Assembly (NCBI GenBank): GCA_965116495.1
Contig: OZ220696.1
Location: forward strand, 3,456,001 to 3,520,000
Reading direction: 5' to 3'
Origin: Gammaproteobacteria bacterium
GTDB lineage: Bacteria; Pseudomonadota; Gammaproteobacteria; Eutrophobiales; Eutrophobiaceae
Length of the DNA: 64,000 nt
Below are positions 60,138 to 64,000 of the stretch, in pieces. Made by a program: the position numbers and the translations under genes. How positions within the stretch are numbered: the first letter of the stretch is position 1; every line of letters begins with the position of its first letter. The notes beneath the pieces are model-generated. The model made no database searches, had not been told where the DNA came from, and saw nothing but the letters and a program-made list of their open reading frames with translations.

Positions 60138-60791
60138 ATGCAGGCTGGTACATTGAACACGGATCCGGCAGCCTTGCCGCTCAGGGAAATCCACCTGCCG
60201 GACGCTGTCGGCTGGTGGCCCCCGGCGCCCGGATGGTGGATTTTGCCGATCCTCGTTTTACTTGCCGCAGGCATAATCTGGTATAGCCGGCTCCTGTACA
60301 AGCGGCGCAGGTATTCCGCCATTAACATGGCAAGAAAGGAACTGGTCCGGATCAAATCCCGCTATGCCGTTGACCGCGATGCCGGACACTGCGTCCGGTC
60401 CGTTTCCGGGTTATTGAGGCGTCTTTGCATCAGTGTTTTCCCAAGGGCCGAGAGCGCCGGGTTGACCGGCGCCGAATGGCTGGCATTTTTGCAGTCAGGT
60501 AACAGGCATTCCGCCTCTATTCGTCATACCGGACAGGGATTGTCCGGTATCCAGTCACAGGGAAGTAGATCTGGTATCCAGTCACAGGAAGGTGAACTTG
60601 GTGGCCGGGAACAGTGTCCGAAAAATAAGGAACCGGGCGTGGACGGCGTTATGCCGGAGAACATCGGCAGGTTATTGCTCGAAGCGCCGTACCGCCGGCA
60701 GGTCGCCCGTGAAGAAGTTGAAGACCTCATGGGCTTTTGCTCGGACTGGATCGAATCCGTAGCCCGGAATTCCCGTCAGGTGATGCGATGA
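60138..60791 (+). CDS. DUF4381 protein with an apparent repeat-derived insertion
   Basis: LREIHLP..VGWWPPAPGWW and GLTG.EWL.FL motifs. Confidence 0.85.
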   Translation: MQAGTLNTDPAALPLREIHLPDAVGWWPPAPGWWILPILVLLAAGIIWYSRLLYKRRRYSAINMARKELVRIKSRYAVDRDAGHCVRSVSGLLRRLCISVFPRAESAGLTGAEWLAFLQSGNRHSASIRHTGQGLSGIQSQGSRSGIQSQEGELGGREQCPKNKEPGVDGVMPENIGRLLLEAPYRRQVAREEVEDLMGFCSDWIESVARNSRQVMR

Positions 60792-61840
60792 TAGGATTTG
60801 AATGGCCCTGGCTGGCGCTGATACTGCCGTTGCCGTACTTCGTTTACCGCTACGCGCGGCCCTTCAATGTTGCCATGAGTTCCGCCCTGCGGGTCCCGTT
60901 CCTGGATGACTTTGCCGAGGCTGAACCTGACATCAGGCGCAAATCCCGGCCCTGGCCGTTATGGATTGCAATATTTGCCTGGTGCCTGCTGGTTGTCTCC
61001 GCCATGCGGCCGCAATGGCTGGGTGACCTGGTCGATATCCCCGTAACCGGCCGGGAACTGATGCTGGCGGTTGACCTGTCCGGCAGCATGGAGCAGCAGG
61101 ACTTCTCCCTCGGTGGCAGGCGCATTGACCGACTTGCCGCGACGAAACTGGTCGCCGGTGATTTTATCGAACGCCGTGTCGGCGATCGGATCGGCCTGAT
61201 CCTGTTCGGTGAGCAGGCTTACCTGCAGGCGCCCCTGACATTCGATCGTGAAACGGTCAGGACCTTGTTGTCCGAGGCCGTGATCGGGCTTGCCGGCAAA
61301 GCGACCGCCATCGGCGATGCCATCGGCCTGGCGGTAAAACGCCTGCGCGAGCGGGATGAAAGCCAGCGTGTGCTGGTCCTGTTGACGGACGGCGCGAATA
61401 CGGCCGGCGTCGTAGACCCGCTTTCCGCGGCACAACTGGCGAGCCGGGAAGGATTGAAGATATACAGCATCGGCATCGGCGCGACTGAACTGGTCGAACG
61501 CAGCCTGTTCGGCGCCAGGAAGATTAACCCGTCGGCGGACCTTGACGAGGCCGCCCTGAAGGAGATCGCCAACCTGACCGGCGGCGCCTATTTTCGCGCC
61601 CGCGACCTGGGTGAACTGGAGCAGGTGTATGCGCTGATCGATGAACTGGAACCCGTTGAACAGGACCCGAAAAAGTTCAGGCCGCAGATATCCCTGTATT
61701 ACTGGCCCCTGGCCGCGGCGCTGTTGCTGGGTGCCCTGTTGACCCTGATGTACAGGGGGGGTCAGGCCGCAGATCAACTACGACCGGCCGGTTTGGGACA
61801 GATCCCGGGTCTGTCCCCTGCAACTATGCGGTTGCCCTGA
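60788..61840 (+). CDS. batA: vWA-domain protein BatA
   Basis: DLSGSM MIDAS, TAIGDAIG and LLTDGAN motifs; ATGA overlap with the upstream gene. Confidence 0.9.
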   Translation: MIGFEWPWLALILPLPYFVYRYARPFNVAMSSALRVPFLDDFAEAEPDIRRKSRPWPLWIAIFAWCLLVVSAMRPQWLGDLVDIPVTGRELMLAVDLSGSMEQQDFSLGGRRIDRLAATKLVAGDFIERRVGDRIGLILFGEQAYLQAPLTFDRETVRTLLSEAVIGLAGKATAIGDAIGLAVKRLRERDESQRVLVLLTDGANTAGVVDPLSAAQLASREGLKIYSIGIGATELVERSLFGARKINPSADLDEAALKEIANLTGGAYFRARDLGELEQVYALIDELEPVEQDPKKFRPQISLYYWPLAAALLLGALLTLMYRGGQAADQLRPAGLGQIPGLSPATMRLP

Positions 61841-61849
61841 GTTGAATAA

Positions 61850-63619
61850 ATGATTGACCTGGAATTATTTCATTTTTTACGGCCGCAGTGGTTTTTTGCC
61901 GTGCTACCCCTGGGGTTGCTGACCTGGTTCCTGTTTTTCAGGAAGGGTGCGCAGAGCAACTGGGAAGCGCTGGTCGATGAACCGTTATTGCCGCATATAT
62001 TGATCAGGGGCGTACGCAGGAACCGGCGTTTTGCACTTCTGTCGACGGCCGCAGGCGGGTTGCTGGGAATTGTTGCACTGGCGGGTCCGGTCTGGGAGAA
62101 ACTGCCGCAACCCGTGTTTACCACCCACGATGCCCTGGTTATCGCCCTGGACCTCACACGTTCCATGGAAGCCGCCGACGTGTCGCCCAGCAGGCTGGAA
62201 CGGGCCCGCTACAAGATCAGGGACATCCTGGACCAGCGTCATGAAGGCCAGACGGCTTTGCTGGTCTATGCCGGGCAAGCCTTTACGGTCACGCCGCTGA
62301 CCGACGATAGCGAGACCATCAAGTCGCAGTTGAACGCCCTGGACAGCAATATCATGCCGGTGGCAGGCAATCGAACCGACCGGGCGCTGGAGCGGGCGCT
62401 GGAACTGCTCAAGCAGGCCGGCATGAGACGCGGCCACGTCCTGCTGATTACCGATGAGGCGGACCCGGACCGGGCGGGAGTAAGCGTGCGCCGCTTGCGT
62501 AACGAGGGCTACCGGCTCTCCGTATTGGGCGTCGGCACGCGCCACGGTGCGCCTGTGTTATTGCCTGATGGCGGTTTCCTGCAGGGGAAAGACGGTGAGA
62601 TCGTGATACCCGTCCTGGATGAGAGCGCATTGCGCCGGCTTGCAGCGGCAGGCGGCGGCATGTACGTGCGTTTGACAAAAGACGACCGGGACACCAGGTT
62701 GTTGACCGACAATTTCTCCGCCGCCCGGACCGACGCCGGGCAGGCCGGTAGCGGGACAACGGCGGATGTCTGGCGCGAACAGGGGCCGTGGTTGGTTTTG
62801 TGCCTGCTTCCCCTGGCTGCCTTGCTGTTCCGGCGCGGTTATATCTTCGTACTGGCGGCAGTGCTGCTTGCTCCGGCGGACCCGGCTCACGCATTGGACT
62901 GGGAGGATCTGTGGTCACGCAAGGATCAGCGTGGACAGCGGGCGATGGATGAGCGGGATTATGAAGCGGCGGCTGAGTGGTTTGATGACCCCGCCTGGAA
63001 AGCGGCAGCGCAACATCGCGCCGGCAATTACCAGGCGGCCGTCGATAACCTGGAAAAACTCGATGACGCGCAAAGCAACTACAACAGGGGAAACTCACTG
63101 GCCCGCCTGGGACGATACCATGAGGCCATCGCCGCGTATGACCGGACCCTGGCCGAACTGCCGGACCATGCCGATGCAAAATTCAACCGGGAATTACTGG
63201 AACAGGAACTGGAACGGCAGCAGTCGCAGCAGCAGCCACAGGACAGGGAGCAGCAACAGGACGGGGAACAGCAACAGGAGCAGAAGCAGCAACAAGTGGG
63301 GGAACAACCGCAGGAGCGGCAACCCTCCCAATCCCCGCAGGCTGATGATCGGCAGGAACAGGCAAATCGTAATCAAACGTCCGAACAGGACCAAACAGAA
63401 CGGGCGCAACAGCAGGAGCGAAAAGAACAGGGAAGACAGCAACAGGCTGAGCAACAAACCGCGCAAACTGACGACCTGAAAAGCGCTGAGGAACAACAGG
63501 CTACGGAACAATGGCTGCGGCGCATCCCCGACGACCCCTCAGGACTGCTCAGGAGGAAGTTCCTTTATCAATACCAGCAACGCAACTATGAAACCGATCG
63601 CAATGACCAGACCTGGTAA
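61850..63619 (+). CDS. batB: vWA + TPR protein (BatB/BatC fusion) with Q-rich linker
   Basis: DLTRSM, YNRGNSLA TPR and WLRRIPDDPSGLLRRKF motifs. Confidence 0.88.
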   Translation: MIDLELFHFLRPQWFFAVLPLGLLTWFLFFRKGAQSNWEALVDEPLLPHILIRGVRRNRRFALLSTAAGGLLGIVALAGPVWEKLPQPVFTTHDALVIALDLTRSMEAADVSPSRLERARYKIRDILDQRHEGQTALLVYAGQAFTVTPLTDDSETIKSQLNALDSNIMPVAGNRTDRALERALELLKQAGMRRGHVLLITDEADPDRAGVSVRRLRNEGYRLSVLGVGTRHGAPVLLPDGGFLQGKDGEIVIPVLDESALRRLAAAGGGMYVRLTKDDRDTRLLTDNFSAARTDAGQAGSGTTADVWREQGPWLVLCLLPLAALLFRRGYIFVLAAVLLAPADPAHALDWEDLWSRKDQRGQRAMDERDYEAAAEWFDDPAWKAAAQHRAGNYQAAVDNLEKLDDAQSNYNRGNSLARLGRYHEAIAAYDRTLAELPDHADAKFNRELLEQELERQQSQQQPQDREQQQDGEQQQEQKQQQVGEQPQERQPSQSPQADDRQEQANRNQTSEQDQTERAQQQERKEQGRQQQAEQQTAQTDDLKSAEEQQATEQWLRRIPDDPSGLLRRKFLYQYQQRNYETDRNDQTW

Positions 63620-63682
63620 AGTCAACGCCATCATGCCTGTAGCAGCCACCATTCCTGCGCAAGCGGGAATCCAGGGGTATTC

Positions 63683-64000
63683 ATGATTGCCGGCAGCTAT
63701 AACCTGCTGTTCACGACAGTTGCCGTCCTGGCGTTGCTTCCCGGTTTCACCAAAGCCGCGACCATCACGGTCAAAACTGATCGCAACCCGGTCGTATTGC
63801 AGGAATCCTTCCAGATGGTATTTGAAGCTGCCGGAGACGTGGATGGCGATCCCGACTTCTCTCCGCTGGAAAAGGATTTCCAGGTACTGTCCACCAGCAC
63901 CAGTACCAGCATGAGTATCGTCAACGCAAAAATTACCCGAACCAGGCAATGGCAGTTGACCCTGTTGCCGCTGACTGCCGGCAACGTGGTTATTCCCGCC
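63683..64000 (+). CDS. batD: BatD-family protein (truncated by the window end)
   Basis: Manual translation: MIAGSYNLLFTTVAVLALLPGFTKAATITVKTDRNPVVLQESFQMVFE...PDFSPLEKDFQVL...; operon position. Confidence 0.8.
   Translation, partial: MIAGSYNLLFTTVAVLALLPGFTKAATITVKTDRNPVVLQESFQMVFEAAGDVDGDPDFSPLEKDFQVLSTSTSTSMSIVNAKITRTRQWQLTLLPLTAGNVVIPA

Noticed and set aside
63200-63510. CAG/CAA-rich low-complexity tract
   Set aside because: Ordinary Q/E-rich linker of BatB/BatC-type proteins.

Overview
Gene-dense bacterial chromosomal window, probably from a gammaproteobacterium (inferred from the sigma70/sigma32 promoters and the hpa and bat gene sets). Contents from left to right: (1) a complete but divergent copper membrane monooxygenase operon xmoC-A-B-D (pMMO/AMO family) on the minus strand, with its own promoter and internal hairpins; (2) about 8 kb away, a heme-copper oxidase cluster with Asn in place of the active-site Tyr, in the norS-norY-senC-orf order of sNOR-type NO reductases; (3) an aromatic-catabolism region (boxCB without boxA, tungsten-type AOR, amidase, MarR, hcrCAB-like reductase, UbiD, aromatic-acid MFS, homoprotocatechuate hpaHIGGEDF); (4) inside that region, a ~10 kb AT-richer Type I R-M island ending in a 1198-aa PIN-domain gene coupled to hsdS; (5) NirC/FNT, tupBC, tandem Hsp20 genes and a moxR/bat operon. 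Several families of intergenic palindromic repeats and a three-copy MITE are also present. No rRNA, tRNA, CRISPR array or integrase/transposase was recognised. All calls rest on motif recognition by eye; no database searches were run.
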